A stretch of 63,221 nucleotides of DNA, filler included, from Choristocarpus tenellus KU-1152 (taxonomy: Eukaryota; Protista; Phaeophyceae): the NCBI GenBank assembly GCA_964200185.2. It is 9 parts of 9 records of this genome, joined end to end, with 100 filler letters (N's around TTAATTAATTAA, not from the genome) between each part and the next. Parts side by side here need not be neighbours in the genome. Positions count along the whole stretch, not along the records: positions 60,374 to 63,221 come from CAXNAD020024224.1; 8 more parts are not named here. One strand, 5' to 3'. Shown piece by piece: positions 62,937 to 63,221 of this stretch. Position 1 is the first letter of the stretch; every line of letters starts with the position of its first letter. The notes beneath the pieces were generated by a model. It made no database searches. It was not told the DNA's origin and was given only the letters and a program-made list of their open reading frames with translations. The translations under genes were made by a program, and so were the position numbers.

Positions 62937-63195
62937 GAGTGAAAGTATCTTAGAGGGTACGAGTTTTGCCCTGTTTATCCATTTCGGACTTGGCTTCCCA
63001 TGGGTTATCTTACAACATTTTCTTACTCCAAAATGTTTCGGAGTGGGAAACGTGTATACGTCATGAAAATGTGTGTCCAGAACATGGATATTGACCCTTT
63101 CTAATGAACACGATAACCAAAATTACATCAAAATCGCAACATTGGATTTTGGCCCCCAAATGGACGCGGTTCTACCCTCTAAGATAATTCGGCTC
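62937..63195. mobile_element. MITE family A
   Basis: Same TIRs and internal sequence. Confidence 0.9.
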
Positions 63196-63221
63196 TTGCA
63201 CCTGCCTACGTCGTGATGCCC

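Overview
Eukaryotic, intron-rich, repeat-rich genomic DNA, most consistent with a stramenopile alga such as a brown alga or close relative (inferred from intron style, TTAGGG tracts and transposon types; not proven). The window is not one locus. Nine unlinked contigs are joined by an artificial 100-bp linker (44 N + TTAATTAATTAA + 44 N), so adjacency across linkers means nothing. Contigs: 1-4644, 4745-23047, 23148-28011, 28112-30896, 30997-34871, 34972-39210, 39311-44871, 44972-60273, 60374-63221. Contig 2 is gene-rich: a spliced SAP-domain/RsmG(GidB) methyltransferase gene head-to-head with a multi-exon unknown gene, a tRNA-Gly(GCC), a spliced ZNHIT2-like gene, a 3' fragment of an RLE-type non-LTR retrotransposon, a decayed viral-type HNH relic and a tRNA-like pseudogene. 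The other contigs are mostly transposon debris. This includes a full-length but decayed DD39D (Stowaway-type) mariner, two copia gag/protease relics, three related MITE families sharing terminal motifs and mostly 3-bp TSDs, and a ~600-bp foldback. There is also an alpha-adaptin-like gene fragment and a previously unannotated spliced pseudogene with a ParB/Srx-like N-terminal domain. All family assignments come from motifs recognised by eye; no searches were run.
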